This document shows, piece by piece, positions 29,561-41,351 of a stretch of DNA of 64,000 bases. The DNA lies in the NCBI GenBank assembly GCA_963422645.2, contig CAXXVO010000007.1:808542-872541 (forward strand), read 5' to 3'. The translations under genes were made by a program, and so were the position numbers. This DNA is from Alphaproteobacteria bacterium. Its GTDB lineage: Bacteria; Pseudomonadota; Alphaproteobacteria; UBA828. Under the pieces are notes generated by a model that saw nothing but the letters and a program-made list of their open reading frames with translations, was not told the origin of the DNA and ran no database searches. Each line of letters starts with the position of its first letter. Position 1 is the first letter of the stretch.

Positions 29561-30550
29561 TTAGAAATGCCGGTAGCCGGCGCGAGCGAGCGCGAGCGGC
29601 TGGCCGTCGGCGTCCACGACGTTGACGCCTCGCCCCGGCTCGATCACGCCGATGCGGGTGAGCGCGAGGCCGAGGCGGCGGCCCAGTTCGTCGATATCGC
29701 CCCGCGCCGACGGCGGCGCGCAGAAGAGCAGCTCGTAGTCGTCGCCGCCGGTCAAGAGGTCGGCGATCTCGACCTCGCCACCAGCTAGCGCGCGCCGCGC
29801 CGGGTCCGACAGCGGCACGGCATCTGCCGCGATGCGCGCCGCGGTTCCCGATCTTTCGCTGATATGGCCGAGGTCGGCGACGAGACCGTCGGAGACATCG
29901 ATGGCGCAGGTCGCGAGTCCGACGAGCGCGGTGCCGAGCGCGAGCCGGGGCTCGGGCAGGCGGAAGCGCTCGGCCAGGGTCGCGCGGTCTTCGGGCGGGA
30001 GCGCGGCGAGGCCGCCCTGCACCGCGCGCAAGCCCAGCGTCGCGTCGCCAATGGTGCCCGAGACGTAGATATCGTCGCCCACGCCAGCGCCCGAGCGGGT
30101 GAGGCAGGCATCGCCCTCGACTGTGCCGAAGGCCGTGAGCGAGAGCACCGCCGGCCCCCTTGTCGCCACCGTGTCGCCGCCGATCAGCGCGACGCCGAAC
30201 GCCTCCTGGTCGCGGGCAAGGCCTGCGGCAAACGCCTCCACCCAGGTGTCGTCAACGTCGGCAGTCAGCGCGAGGCCGAGCGCGTAAGCCCTGGCATCAG
30301 CGCCCATTGCCGCGAGGTCGGAGAGGTTCACGCGGAGCAGCCGGCGGGCGAGGATCACGGGCTCCTCGCCCTCGGGGTAGTGCACGCCGGCCACCATCAG
30401 GTCCTTGGTGACGACGAGGCTTGCGCCTTCCGGCGGCGTCAGCAGCGCGCCGTCGTTGCCGAGCGCGAAGGCGCCCGGCGCAGCGCGGCTCAGCGGCTCG
30501 AAGAAGCGGGCGATAAGGTCGAATTCACCCTGCCCGCGCCGGCCGGTCAT
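29561..30550 (-). CDS. thiL: Thiamine-phosphate kinase
   Basis: GEFDLIARFF, VNLSDLAAMGA, IGGDT, IDVSDGL, GGDDYELLF. Confidence 0.96.
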   Translation of the reverse strand: MTGRRGQGEFDLIARFFEPLSRAAPGAFALGNDGALLTPPEGASLVVTKDLMVAGVHYPEGEEPVILARRLLRVNLSDLAAMGADARAYALGLALTADVDDTWVEAFAAGLARDQEAFGVALIGGDTVATRGPAVLSLTAFGTVEGDACLTRSGAGVGDDIYVSGTIGDATLGLRAVQGGLAALPPEDRATLAERFRLPEPRLALGTALVGLATCAIDVSDGLVADLGHISERSGTAARIAADAVPLSDPARRALAGGEVEIADLLTGGDDYELLFCAPPSARGDIDELGRRLGLALTRIGVIEPGRGVNVVDADGQPLALARAGYRHF

Positions 30551-31049
30551 GATCCGCTCCGTCCGCCATCTCCGCCGTGCGCAGCCTGCGCGCCAGGCTG
30601 TCCAGCGCACCGTTGACGAAGGCGGGCTCCCGCTCGGAGAAAAATGCACGCGCGAGTTCGACGTACTCGTTGATCACCACGCGCGCGGGCACGTCCGGGC
30701 AGGCCGCGAGCTCGCAAGTGGCGGCCCGCAGGAGGGCGCGCACCACGGCGTCCAGCCGTTCCATGCTCCAGCGCTCCGCCAGCGTCGCAGCCACCAGCGC
30801 GTCGAACTCGTCTGCCCGCGCCGCCGCCTCGCGCACCGTGCGCTCGAAGTGGCGGCGGTGGGGCACCGCGTAGCGCTCGCCGTCGATCTCGTGGCCTGCG
30901 CGGTGGCTCAGGAACTCCTCGATCACCTCGTCCGCCGACTGGCCGGATATCTCGATTTGATAGAGCGCCTGGACACAGGCGAGCCGCGCGCTGCTCCGCC
31001 CCTGCCCCCGTGGCGGATTAGCCTCTGCGGCGCCGGGGGCGGCGGTCAT
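30525..31049 (-). CDS. nusB: Transcription antitermination factor NusB
   Basis: RSSARLACVQALYQ, VVINEYVELARAF, FVNGALD. Confidence 0.95.
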   Translation of the reverse strand: MTAAPGAAEANPPRGQGRSSARLACVQALYQIEISGQSADEVIEEFLSHRAGHEIDGERYAVPHRRHFERTVREAAARADEFDALVAATLAERWSMERLDAVVRALLRAATCELAACPDVPARVVINEYVELARAFFSEREPAFVNGALDSLARRLRTAEMADGADHDRPARAG

Positions 31050-31054
31050 CGCGT

Positions 31055-31493
31055 CTAGTCCTGCGAGGCCGCGCCGAGGGAGGCACGGATCGCCATCATT
31101 GCGAGGCACGCCTGGGCGGCGTCGGCGCCCTTGTTCTTCCGGTCCGTCGTCGCCCGCTCCCAGGCCTGCTCGCGGTTCTCGGCGGTCACCACGCCGAAGC
31201 CGAGGGCGATGCGGTGGCGCTCGGCCAGCATGGCGAGCCCGCGCGCGCACTCGCCGCAGACATGCTCGTAATGGCTGGTCTCGCCCCGGATCACGCAGCC
31301 GAGCGCGACGAAGCCGTCGTAGCGCCCGCTGTCGATCGCCATCGCAAGCGCCGCCGGCAGCTCGAAGGCGCCGGGCACGCTGATCCGCTCGTGGCTCGCC
31401 CCGGCGGCGTCGAGGGCGCCCGCCGCGCCCGCCACCAGCTGGTCGGCGATATCCTCGTAGAAGCGCGCCTCCAGGATGAGGACCCGCTGCCCC

Positions 31494-31501
<8 letters not shown>
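31055..31501 (-). CDS. ribH: 6,7-dimethyl-8-ribityllumazine synthase
   Basis: VPGAFELP, LGCVIRGETSHYE, NKG. Confidence 0.96.
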
Positions 31502-32642
<1,141 letters not shown>

Positions 32643-32651
32643 CTCGACCCT

Positions 32652-33245
32652 TCAGCGCTCGGAATGAAGGCGCGCAAGGTAGCGCGCGATCAGGTCCACC
32701 TCAAGATTTAGCCTACGGCCGGCGGCGCAGTCACCGAAGTTGGTCTCGGCCAGCGTGTGGGGGATGAGATTGATGCCGAACACATCGTCCGCCACCTCGT
32801 TCACCGTCAGCGAGACACCATCGAGCGCGACCGATCCCTTGGAAGCCACAAAACGCGAGAGCTCCGTCGGGCAGCACGCCGTGAGCCGGAGCGAGTCCCC
32901 TTCCGGCTCCGCACTCTCGAGCACCGCGACGCCATCGATATGGCCGGTCACCAGATGGCCGCCGAGCTCGTCGCCCAAGCAGAGCGCGCGCTCCAGATTG
33001 ACCCGTGTGCCCGCGCGCCAGTCGCCGAGGGTGGTGCAGTCCGCCGTTTCGCGGGAGACATCGACCGCAAACCACCCCGGCCCCTTGTCGACCACGGTGA
33101 GGCAAGGGCCCGAGCATGCGATGGAGGCGCCGAGCGCCATGGTGCCGGTGTCGTAGGCGGTGTCGATCGCCAGCCTGTGCCCACCGCCGGGAGCATCGGC
33201 AATCTCCCGCACCTGTCCGACATCGGTGACGATTCCGGTGAACAC
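32652..33245 (-). CDS. ribE: Riboflavin synthase
   Basis: [30 protein letters not shown]. Confidence 0.96.
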   Translation of the reverse strand: MFTGIVTDVGQVREIADAPGGGHRLAIDTAYDTGTMALGASIACSGPCLTVVDKGPGWFAVDVSRETADCTTLGDWRAGTRVNLERALCLGDELGGHLVTGHIDGVAVLESAEPEGDSLRLTACCPTELSRFVASKGSVALDGVSLTVNEVADDVFGINLIPHTLAETNFGDCAAGRRLNLEVDLIARYLARLHSER

Positions 33246-33255
33246 GGCGCGCCGT

Positions 33256-34374
33256 TCAGCCTGCCGGCACCAGGGTGTCCAGCACGTCTTCGCCCAGCGG
33301 GGCCGAGGAGACGCGGTGGAAGCGCGGCATGTCGTCGGCGCGTTCGACGCCGAGCGCGGCCAGCGCCGGCACGCCGTCGCCGCCGATGGCGCCGGGCGCC
33401 CGGAACCATTCGATGCGGTCCACCAGGCCTGCGTGCAGCAACGACGCCGCGAGTCGGCCGCCGCCTTCCACCAGGACGCGGGTGAGACCGCGCGCGGCCA
33501 ACGCTTCCAGCGCCGCCGCGAGCGCCGGGCGGTTGTCCGCCTCGGCCGCCACCTCGATTACCTCCACGCCCGTCTCGCGCCAGTCCGCGTGCCGTCCGTC
33601 GCCGCCGAGTGTCTCCGTCGAGACAATCCAGGTCGGATGCGCGCCGGCATCCGCGATGAGCGCGTGGCCCGCCGGCAGCCGCTCGCTGCCGTCGATCACC
33701 ACCCGCACGGGGCTCTGGCCGTCCATGCCGGGCAGCCGGCAGGTGAGCGCCGGGTCGTCGTCGAGCGCGCTCGCAGCGCCCACCATCACGGCGTCATGTT
33801 GGGCCCGCATCAAGTGCCCGCGGGCCCGGGCCGGCGCGCCGGTGATCCAGCGGCTGTCGCCGCTACGCGTCCCGATCCGCCCGTCGAGCGTGCTCGCCAG
33901 CTTGAGTGTCACGTGAGGCCGGCCCTTCTCCACGCGCGAGAGGAAGCCCGCGTTGAGCGCTCTCGCACGGTCCTCCATGCAGCCGCGCACGACCTCGATG
34001 CCCGCTTCTTCGAGTATCGCGATTCCACGGCCCGCGACACGCGGATCCGGGTCTTCGAGCGCGACGACAACGCGGGCGATCGCGGCCTGCACCAGCGCTT
34101 CGGCGCAGGGGCCGGTCTCGCCTTGATGGGCGCAGGACTCCAGGGTGACGTAGCAGGTGGCGCCTCTTGCGCCGTCCCCAGCGCGGGCGAGGGCCTCGGT
34201 CTCGGCATGGGGCCGGCCGCCGGGCTGGGTCCAGCCCCGGCCGACGATGTGTCCCGCTTGGACCAGCACGCAGCCCACCGCCGGGTTGGGCCACACGTTG
34301 CCGAGGCCCCGGCCAGCCAGCGCGAGCGCGAGCCCCATGAAGCGTCGGTCGAGGGCCGAATCGGCCTCCGCCAT
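33256..34374 (-). CDS. ribD: Riboflavin biosynthesis deaminase/reductase
   Basis: PNPAVGCV, HAE, TLESCAH..GPC, KLASTLDG, VEGGG. Confidence 0.96.
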   Translation of the reverse strand: MAEADSALDRRFMGLALALAGRGLGNVWPNPAVGCVLVQAGHIVGRGWTQPGGRPHAETEALARAGDGARGATCYVTLESCAHQGETGPCAEALVQAAIARVVVALEDPDPRVAGRGIAILEEAGIEVVRGCMEDRARALNAGFLSRVEKGRPHVTLKLASTLDGRIGTRSGDSRWITGAPARARGHLMRAQHDAVMVGAASALDDDPALTCRLPGMDGQSPVRVVIDGSERLPAGHALIADAGAHPTWIVSTETLGGDGRHADWRETGVEVIEVAAEADNRPALAAALEALAARGLTRVLVEGGGRLAASLLHAGLVDRIEWFRAPGAIGGDGVPALAALGVERADDMPRFHRVSSAPLGEDVLDTLVPAG

Positions 34375-34378
34375 GCGC

Positions 34379-34837
34379 TCAGTCCCGCTCGTCGGCGAGG
34401 CCGCCGATGAACTCCTCGAAGTCCTTCTTCTCGCCGAAGTTCCGGTAGACCGAGGCGAAGCGCACGTAGGCGACCTGATCGAGGCCCGCGAGCGCCTCCA
34501 TCACCATCTCCCCGATCACCGTGCTCGGGATCTCGGTCTCGCCCAGGCTCTCGAGGCGGCGCACGATGCCGGTCACGATGTGTTCGACCCGATCGGGCTC
34601 GACCGGCCGCTTGCGCAGCGCGATCTGCATCGAGCGCGCCATCTTCTCGCGCTCGAAGGGGGCCCGCTGGCCGTTGCTCTTGATCACCGAGAGCTCGCGC
34701 AGCTGGATCCTCTCGAAGGTGGTGAAGCGGCCGGCACAGTTGGTGCATTGCCGGCGGCGACGGATCGCGGTGTTGTCCTCCGTCGGCCGCGAATCCTTCA
34801 CCTGCGTGTCGTCATTACCGCAGAACGGACAGCGCAC
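34379..34837 (-). CDS. nrdR: Transcriptional repressor NrdR
   Basis: [28 protein letters not shown]. Confidence 0.97.
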   Translation of the reverse strand: MRCPFCGNDDTQVKDSRPTEDNTAIRRRRQCTNCAGRFTTFERIQLRELSVIKSNGQRAPFEREKMARSMQIALRKRPVEPDRVEHIVTGIVRRLESLGETEIPSTVIGEMVMEALAGLDQVAYVRFASVYRNFGEKKDFEEFIGGLADERD

Positions 34838-34850
34838 GGCGAGCCTCCTC

Positions 34851-36161
34851 TCAGGCGTGATCGGGGTAGACTGGAAAAGCGGCGCAGAGCGCGCGGACCT
34901 CCTCGCGGATCTCGGCCGCGAGGCTCTCGCTGCTGCCCTCTGCGTCGACCTCCCGGTCGAGCAGGTCGGCGATCCAGCCTGCGATCCGCCGGAACTCGGC
35001 CGTACCGAACCCGCGGCTGGTCGCCGCCGGGGTGCCGAGCCGGATGCCGGAGGTGATCCACGGCTTCTGGGGATCGAAGGGGACGCCGTTCTTGTTGCAG
35101 GTGATCCCGGCGTGCTCCAGCACCGCCTCCGCCACCTTGCCGGTGAGTTCCTTGGCCCGCAGGTCCACGAGCAGGAGGTGCGTGTCGGTCCCGCCGGAAA
35201 CGATGTCGTAGCCGCGCTCCATCAGCGTGCCGGCCAGCACCTTGGCGTTGGCCACGACCTGCTGGGCGTAATCCTTAAACGCGGGCGTCATCGCCTCACC
35301 CAGCGCCACCGCCTTGGCCGCGATGACATGCTCCAGAGGCCCGCCCTGGAGGCCGGGGAAGACCGCCGAGTTGATCCGCTTCGCGAGCGCCTCGTCGTCG
35401 GTCAGGATCATGCCGCCGCGCGGGCCGCGCAGGGTCTTGTGGGTCGTGGTGGTGACGATATGGGCATGCGGGAATGGGTTCGGATGGATCCCGGCCGCGA
35501 CCAGTCCTGCGAAGTGGGCCATGTCGACCATGAAGACCGCGCCCACCGAATCCGCGATCTGGCGGAAGCGCGCGAAGTCGATGATGCGCGGGTAGGCCGA
35601 CCCCCCGGCGAGGATCAACTTGGGCTTCTCGGCCTCCGCGAGCGCTTCCACCTCGTCGAAATCGATCACCCCGTCCTGGCGGCGGACGCCGTACTGGATC
35701 GCCTTGAACCACTTGCCGGAGAGATTGGGCGGCGCGCCATGTGTAAGGTGGCCGCCGGCCGCCAGCGAGAGCCCGAGGAAGGAGGCGCCCGGCTCCAGCG
35801 TGGCGAGAAAGGCCGCCTGGTTGGCCTGCGCGCCCGAATGGGGCTGCACGTTGGCGAAGCCGCAGCCGAAGATCGCGATGGCGCGCTCGATGGCCAGCGC
35901 CTCTCCGATATCGACGTTCTCGCAACCGCCGTAGTAGCGCCGGCCGGGGTAGCCCTCGGCGTACTTGTTGGTGAGCACCGAGCCTTGCGCCTCCAGCACT
36001 GCGCGGCTCACGATGTTCTCCGACGCGATCAGCTCGATGGTCGTCTGCAGGCGCTCGACCTCGCCGGACACCGCTGCGTACACCGCCGCGTCGGCCTCCT
36101 GCAGGGAGCTGGTGAAGAACGAAGTCCCGGCCCCGCTCTCGGGGCGCGTGGAAGCGGCCAA
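34851..36161 (-). CDS. glyA: Serine hydroxymethyltransferase
   Basis: [30 protein letters not shown]. Confidence 0.98.
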   Translation of the reverse strand: MAASTRPESGAGTSFFTSSLQEADAAVYAAVSGEVERLQTTIELIASENIVSRAVLEAQGSVLTNKYAEGYPGRRYYGGCENVDIGEALAIERAIAIFGCGFANVQPHSGAQANQAAFLATLEPGASFLGLSLAAGGHLTHGAPPNLSGKWFKAIQYGVRRQDGVIDFDEVEALAEAEKPKLILAGGSAYPRIIDFARFRQIADSVGAVFMVDMAHFAGLVAAGIHPNPFPHAHIVTTTTHKTLRGPRGGMILTDDEALAKRINSAVFPGLQGGPLEHVIAAKAVALGEAMTPAFKDYAQQVVANAKVLAGTLMERGYDIVSGGTDTHLLLVDLRAKELTGKVAEAVLEHAGITCNKNGVPFDPQKPWITSGIRLGTPAATSRGFGTAEFRRIAGWIADLLDREVDAEGSSESLAAEIREEVRALCAAFPVYPDHA

Positions 36162-36184
36162 GATCGTTTTCCTTTCTCTGGCGG

Positions 36185-36619
36185 TCAGGAGAGCTTGGCG
36201 ACACGCGCCTGGTGGCGGCCGCCCTCGAATTCGGTGTCCAGAAACGCCTCCAGGCAGCGGCGCGCGGTCTCCTCCGACACGCGCCGCGCGCCCAGGGCGA
36301 GGACGTTGGCGTCGTTATGGGCGCGCGCGAGCCGCGCCTCCTCCGCGTCGTGGCAGAGCGCGCCGCGCACCGCTCGGCTGCGGTTGACCGCGATGCTCAT
36401 GCCGATGCCGCTCCCGCAGATCAGGACGCCCCGGTCGGCGTGCCCGCTTTCGATCGCCTGCGCCAGCGCTTGCGCGTAGTCGGGGTAGTCGACCGATCCG
36501 TCGCCCTCCGGCCCCAGATCGACGACCTCATGTCCCGTCGCCTCTAGCTCGGCGCGCAGCATCGCCTTGAGGCTGACGCCCGCATGGTCGGAGGCGATGG
36601 CGAATCGCTGGTCTGGCAT
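36185..36619 (-). CDS. rpiB: Ribose-5-phosphate isomerase B
   Basis: IASDHAG, SVDYPD, ICGSGIG, HNDANVL, FEGGRH. Confidence 0.96.
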   Translation of the reverse strand: MPDQRFAIASDHAGVSLKAMLRAELEATGHEVVDLGPEGDGSVDYPDYAQALAQAIESGHADRGVLICGSGIGMSIAVNRSRAVRGALCHDAEEARLARAHNDANVLALGARRVSEETARRCLEAFLDTEFEGGRHQARVAKLS

Positions 36620-36756
36620 AGCCACCCCTCGCACGGCCTGTGGCGGGCCCTGTATACGCCCATGACCAAGAGGCGGGCAACAGTTGTTGGTGCACCCCTC
36701 CGTATGCGCTGCCCAGCAGGTGGGCTACTATATTTTGGTTGGACAAGGAGGAAGCC

Positions 36757-38460
36757 ATGGACGTCGTCACGATGAACATCGTCGAATCGACGATGCTCTC
36801 CATCTGCCGGGAGATGGGGATCACCATGATGAAGACGTCCTATTCGACGATCTTCAACGAATCCCTCGACTTCAGCTGCGCCATCGCCGACGCCAACGGC
36901 GACATGATCGCGGTCGCCGACTATTGCCCGGCGCAGATCGGCGGCATGTCGCTCCTGATCAAGTCCTGCATCCTCGAGATGGCGGACGATCCGGTGCTCG
37001 AGGGCGATGTCATCTTGCACAACGATCCCTACCGGGGCGGGCTGCATACGCCGGAGCACACCTTCTTCACGCCCTTCTTCGTCGACGGCGAGTTCATGGG
37101 CTACGCGGTGGCGATCGGCCATGTCGCCGAGGTCGGCGGCATGGTGCCGGGCGGCTTTGCCAGCGAGGCCACGGAGATTTTCCACGAGGGCCTGCGCGTC
37201 CCCCCGGTCAGGATCAAGAAGCAGGGCAAGGACGTGGACGAGGTCTGGAAGCTGCTGCTCGCGAACGTCCGTACCCCTCGCTACAACTACGGCGACTACC
37301 GGGCCATGATCAGCGCCTGCGAGCTCGGCTCAGACCGCATGGCCGGGCTGATCCGGAAGTACGGCCTGCCGCTCTTCCGCCAGACCATCGGCGATCTCAT
37401 GGACTATTCCGAAGCCCGGATGCGAGCCGAGATCGCGGCGATCCCCGACGGCCAGTACTCCTTCGAGGACTACATGGAGGACGACGGGATCGACGACCGG
37501 CCCTACAAGATTGCCGTCGACATGGTGGTGCAGGGTGACGAGATCGTCGCCGACTTCGGCCGCTCGGACGCACAGGCGAAGGGTGCGATCAACGCGACTC
37601 TCGGCGTCACCTGCTCCGCCACCTACAACGCCATGCTGCACCTGACCGACCCGTCGATCCCGCGCAACGCGGGTTGCTACCGGCCGATCCGCGTGCTGGC
37701 GCGGCCGACGACCGTGGTCAACGTGGATTACCCGGCGCCGGAGGTGGGCGGCAACACGGAGACCCACGTCCGCATCTGCTTCACGGTAATCGGGGCGATG
37801 TCCCGCTGCCTGCCTGGGCGCGCGTTCGCCACCGACGCCGGCACCCACGGCAACTTCCTCTTCGGCGGCCACGATCCGGAGAACGACGAGTTCTACGTCT
37901 GCTACGACTTCATGGTCGCCGGCTGGGGCGGGCGCCCCTTCGCCGACGGCAACGACACCTGCAACTGCATCAACGGCAACTGCCGCACCGTCCCGGTCGA
38001 GGTCTACGAGAGCCGCTACCCCTGGCTGGTCGAGAACCTCTCGCTCACCGAGGATTCCGGCGGCGCCGGCAAGTACCGGGGCGGGCTCGGCTCGACCAAG
38101 ACACTGGAGTGCACGGCAGACGAGATCATCATCAGCTACATGGCCGACCGCCACAGGAATGCGCCTTGGGGCCTGCTCGGCGGCAATTCCGGGGGATCGG
38201 CCGCGCTGCTCATCAAGAAGGCGAACGAGAACGCCTGGAAGGACGTCTGCGAGGGCCACGACAAGGTCTCGCCCAGCAAGTTCGGCAACGTCTCGGTCCG
38301 CCGGGGCGACCGGGTCCGCCTGCTCTCGGGCGGCGGCGGCGGCTACGGCCCCGTGACAGACCGGCCGCAGGAGATGGTGGACGAAGACGTGGCCGAGTGT
38401 TTCGTCTCGTCAACCGCTGCCGCCGAGCGCTACGGCCAAGCCGCCCAGGCCGCGGAGTAG
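36757..38460 (+). CDS. Hydantoinase B/oxoprolinase family protein
   Basis: AAGGAGG RBS before ATG 36757; ESLDFSCA, NDPYRGGLH, EIFHEG, DSGGAGKYRGG, GGGGYG. Confidence 0.92.
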   Translation: MDVVTMNIVESTMLSICREMGITMMKTSYSTIFNESLDFSCAIADANGDMIAVADYCPAQIGGMSLLIKSCILEMADDPVLEGDVILHNDPYRGGLHTPEHTFFTPFFVDGEFMGYAVAIGHVAEVGGMVPGGFASEATEIFHEGLRVPPVRIKKQGKDVDEVWKLLLANVRTPRYNYGDYRAMISACELGSDRMAGLIRKYGLPLFRQTIGDLMDYSEARMRAEIAAIPDGQYSFEDYMEDDGIDDRPYKIAVDMVVQGDEIVADFGRSDAQAKGAINATLGVTCSATYNAMLHLTDPSIPRNAGCYRPIRVLARPTTVVNVDYPAPEVGGNTETHVRICFTVIGAMSRCLPGRAFATDAGTHGNFLFGGHDPENDEFYVCYDFMVAGWGGRPFADGNDTCNCINGNCRTVPVEVYESRYPWLVENLSLTEDSGGAGKYRGGLGSTKTLECTADEIIISYMADRHRNAPWGLLGGNSGGSAALLIKKANENAWKDVCEGHDKVSPSKFGNVSVRRGDRVRLLSGGGGGYGPVTDRPQEMVDEDVAECFVSSTAAAERYGQAAQAAE

Positions 38461-38694
38461 AGGATTCACGGTAGGCAACATTCCGCGCACAAGTTGGCTG
38501 CGCGCAACAGCTCCAGGGTTGAAATCGCGATTAACCGTACCCGTAACTACCCAGGTACCCCGCCGCCAGTTCTGAGTGCGTGCTGATGTTGCTTGCCGTC
38601 GGTGCCGTTTCGCCGTCGGCGCGTCGTTGATCCCCGCTTGACTGTATAGGTTCTCTCGCCTATGGGTTGCACTCTCGCATGAGAGGAGCAGCCG

Positions 38695-39363
38695 GTGGGG
38701 TATTTCGGGTCGAAGGCGACGACCGGTCTGAGCCAGGCGCTGATTGCGCTGATGCCGCGGCACTCTGTCTATATCGAGAGCCATCTTGGGGGCGGGGCGC
38801 TGATGAAGCGCAAGCCTGCGGCCATGCGCTCGATCGGGATCGACCGCGACGAGCGGGCGCTTGAGGCCTTTGGCTGCGACTACCCGGTGGAGTTGGTGCA
38901 CGGCTGCGCCCATTCCTTCCTGGCCTCGTTCCCGTTTCTGGGCCCGGAGCTGGTCTACAGCGATCCGCCCTATCTGCACGCGACCCGGCGTTCGTCGCAG
39001 CGCTACCGCTTCGAGTACGAGGAGGCCGACCACGTCGCGCTCCTCGAACTGCTCAAGGGTCTGCCCTGCCAGGTGATGGTCTCGGGCCACCCGTCTGCGC
39101 TCTATGACGAGCTGCTGGCGGGCTGGCGCCGGCTGGCGCTGCAGGTGACGACCCAGGCCCAGGTGCGGACCGAGGTCGTGTGGTTCAACTTCGCGCCTGA
39201 CCGGGTGCACTGGGCGAGCTTCGCCGGCCGGAACTTCACCGAGCGCCAGTGCATCAAGCGCAAGGCGGCCAACTGGGGCCGGCGCTACGAGGCCATGCCG
39301 GCGGGCGAACGCCTGGCGGTGCTGGCCGCGATCATGGCCGTCGAGGCCGACGAGGGTTCGTGA
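38695..39363 (+). CDS. Compact Dam/D12-like DNA adenine methyltransferase
   Basis: GAGGAG RBS; GYFGSK (motif X), YIESHLGGGA (motif I variant), GIDRD, VYSDPPY (motif IV), RTEVVWFNF. Confidence 0.88.
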   Translation: MGYFGSKATTGLSQALIALMPRHSVYIESHLGGGALMKRKPAAMRSIGIDRDERALEAFGCDYPVELVHGCAHSFLASFPFLGPELVYSDPPYLHATRRSSQRYRFEYEEADHVALLELLKGLPCQVMVSGHPSALYDELLAGWRRLALQVTTQAQVRTEVVWFNFAPDRVHWASFAGRNFTERQCIKRKAANWGRRYEAMPAGERLAVLAAIMAVEADEGS

Positions 39364-40901
39364 CAGTGTCGCGCTGGCACGAGGACCTCGCTGCCCACGA
39401 CGAGGCCTTCGCGTGCCTGCAGGACCTTTTCACCCCACAATCCTTCGCAATGACCGCCGTCAAAGCCATTCGGGAATGGGGCCAGAGGTTGCTGCGCCTG
39501 AGCGCGGCCCTGGTCAAGGAGAACGACGCGCTGGAGCGGGAGAACGCCCGCTTGCGCGAGCGGATCGCCGAACTCGAGCGCAGCGCCGCGCTCGACAGCA
39601 CCACCAGCTCCAAGCCGCCGGCCAGCGACGGTCTGAAGAAGAAGAGCGGTGACCGGGAGAAGCGCACCCGGAGCCAGCGCGGCAAGTCCGACAGGCCCAG
39701 TGGCGGCCAGCCGGGCCACAAGGGAACTACCCTGGAGCGGACCGCGACGCCCGACCATGTCGTCGATCATGATCCGTCCGCCTGTGAGGGCTGCGGCGCG
39801 CCGCTGTCGGACGCTGACCGTCACGGAGCCCCCGTCTGCCGGCAGGTCTTCGATGTGCCCGAGCCGCAGCCCCTCGAGGTCACCGAACATCGCGGCCATC
39901 GTTGCCTCTGCGCTGCCTGCGGCACCGTGACGACAGCCGTCTTCCCGAACGGCGTGAGCGCACCGGTCCAATACGGGCCGCGCATCACCGCGTGGGTGAC
40001 CTACCTGCTGCACGCTCAGTTCATTCCCGAGAAGCGGGTCGCCGAGGTCATGAGCGACCTCTTCGCGGTCAAGCTCTCAACAGCCACCATCGTCGCCATG
40101 GGAAGGCGCACCGCCCGGCGCTTCGAGGGCTTCCTCGATCGCCTCGCGGAGATCATCCGCACCGCAGCCCCAGTCAAACACCTCGACGAGACCGGCATCC
40201 GCATCGCCGCCCGGACCCATTGGCTCCATGTGCTGTGCACCCCGTTGCTCACCATCCTGCGCGTCGCCACCGGGCGCAGCCACATCGACGAGAAGCTCAA
40301 CGGCATCGTCATCCATGACGACTACGCCACCTACTTCGCTCTCGAGGGCGTGCGCCACGGGGCCTGCAACGCCCATCACCTGCGCGAGCTCCAAGCCCTC
40401 ATCGAGATCGAGAAGGAAGACTGGGCAACGAGCACGCACCGGCTCCTCATCCGTGCCAACAGAGCCGCCCGCTTCGCCCACAAGAACGACCGCGACGTGC
40501 CCGCCTCACTGGTGGCCCGCATCTCGCGAGCCTGGGACCGCATCCTCGAACGTGCCATCGCCTCTCACGAAGAAATGCCACCGCTCCAGACCGGAAAGCG
40601 CGGACGACAAAAGCGCCGCATCGGTCACAACCTCGCCCTCCGACTCCAGAAGTACAAGGAGGGGTGCCTGCGCTTCCTCACCGATCCGCGAACCCCCTTC
40701 TCCAACAACGAGGCCGAGCGCGACCTCCGAATGGGCAAGCTGCGCCAGAAAATCTCAGGCGGCTTCCGCTCGATACAAGGCGCCCGCGACTTCGCAAACC
40801 TGCGATCCGTCATCGCCACCGCTCGAAAACAGCGCTGGAATGTCCTCGAAACCCTGGCGCACCCCGATCCAATCCAGCTGATCCCCGTATTGCGCTTCTG
40901 A
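39360..40901 (+). CDS. IS66 transposase TnpC
   Basis: GTG overlapping the MTase stop; coiled coil, SSKPPASD, GGQPGHKG, Zn finger, HLDETG, HDDY, CNAHHLREL, SNNEAERDLR. Confidence 0.93.
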   Translation: MTVSRWHEDLAAHDEAFACLQDLFTPQSFAMTAVKAIREWGQRLLRLSAALVKENDALERENARLRERIAELERSAALDSTTSSKPPASDGLKKKSGDREKRTRSQRGKSDRPSGGQPGHKGTTLERTATPDHVVDHDPSACEGCGAPLSDADRHGAPVCRQVFDVPEPQPLEVTEHRGHRCLCAACGTVTTAVFPNGVSAPVQYGPRITAWVTYLLHAQFIPEKRVAEVMSDLFAVKLSTATIVAMGRRTARRFEGFLDRLAEIIRTAAPVKHLDETGIRIAARTHWLHVLCTPLLTILRVATGRSHIDEKLNGIVIHDDYATYFALEGVRHGACNAHHLRELQALIEIEKEDWATSTHRLLIRANRAARFAHKNDRDVPASLVARISRAWDRILERAIASHEEMPPLQTGKRGRQKRRIGHNLALRLQKYKEGCLRFLTDPRTPFSNNEAERDLRMGKLRQKISGGFRSIQGARDFANLRSVIATARKQRWNVLETLAHPDPIQLIPVLRF

Positions 40902-41131
40902 AATCCTGCGCTGCTCCGGGAAAGCGCCGCCTGACCCCTGGCTGGTCAGAACCATCAATCCATCACGTCCGAGTGCTCGGCAGAATCAGACCTGGGCAGT
41001 TACCCGTACCCACCTAATACCCTGCTCCTTCCCTCGCCCCAGGGTCCTGCCCGGTTCGTGGGAGGGAGAATTACGCGGACAATTTGAATCTCTAGCGACC
41101 AGATATCCAACCTCTGGAAGCGGAGACGAGT

Positions 41132-41326
41132 ATGTCCTCGTACAAGGAGATGAAGCAGACCGTTCGGAAGTATGCGCGATTGGGCTTCAGCGTGATCAAG
41201 ACCCGCCGCAACCATTGGCGGTTTTATCGCCCGGATATGGCTTATCCAGTGTTTGCACCCAGCACCCCATCCGACTGTCGCGCAATCAAGAACCTCGACG
41301 CGAAAATTCGGCGCAGTATGAGGTAG
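41132..41326 (+). CDS. Small HicA-like protein
   Basis: 64 aa, basic; LGFSVIKTRRNHWRF...PSTPSD.RA..N pattern; GGAG RBS; followed by a terminator. Confidence 0.6.
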   Translation: MSSYKEMKQTVRKYARLGFSVIKTRRNHWRFYRPDMAYPVFAPSTPSDCRAIKNLDAKIRRSMR

Positions 41327-41351
41327 TCCTTCCTCACCTATTCGGAAGTCC

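Larger units (their letters stand above)
38543..41003 (+). mobile_element. IS66-family element (single-transposase, ISBst12-like) carrying a methyltransferase; variant A, intact
   Basis: IRL GTAACTACCCAGG (38543), IRR CCTGGGCAGTTAC (ends 41003); exact 8-bp TSD CCGTACCC at 38535-38542 and 41004-41011. Confidence 0.95.

Noticed and set aside
38695-39363. Restriction-modification system
   Set aside because: No endonuclease gene; the MTase lies inside the IS ends
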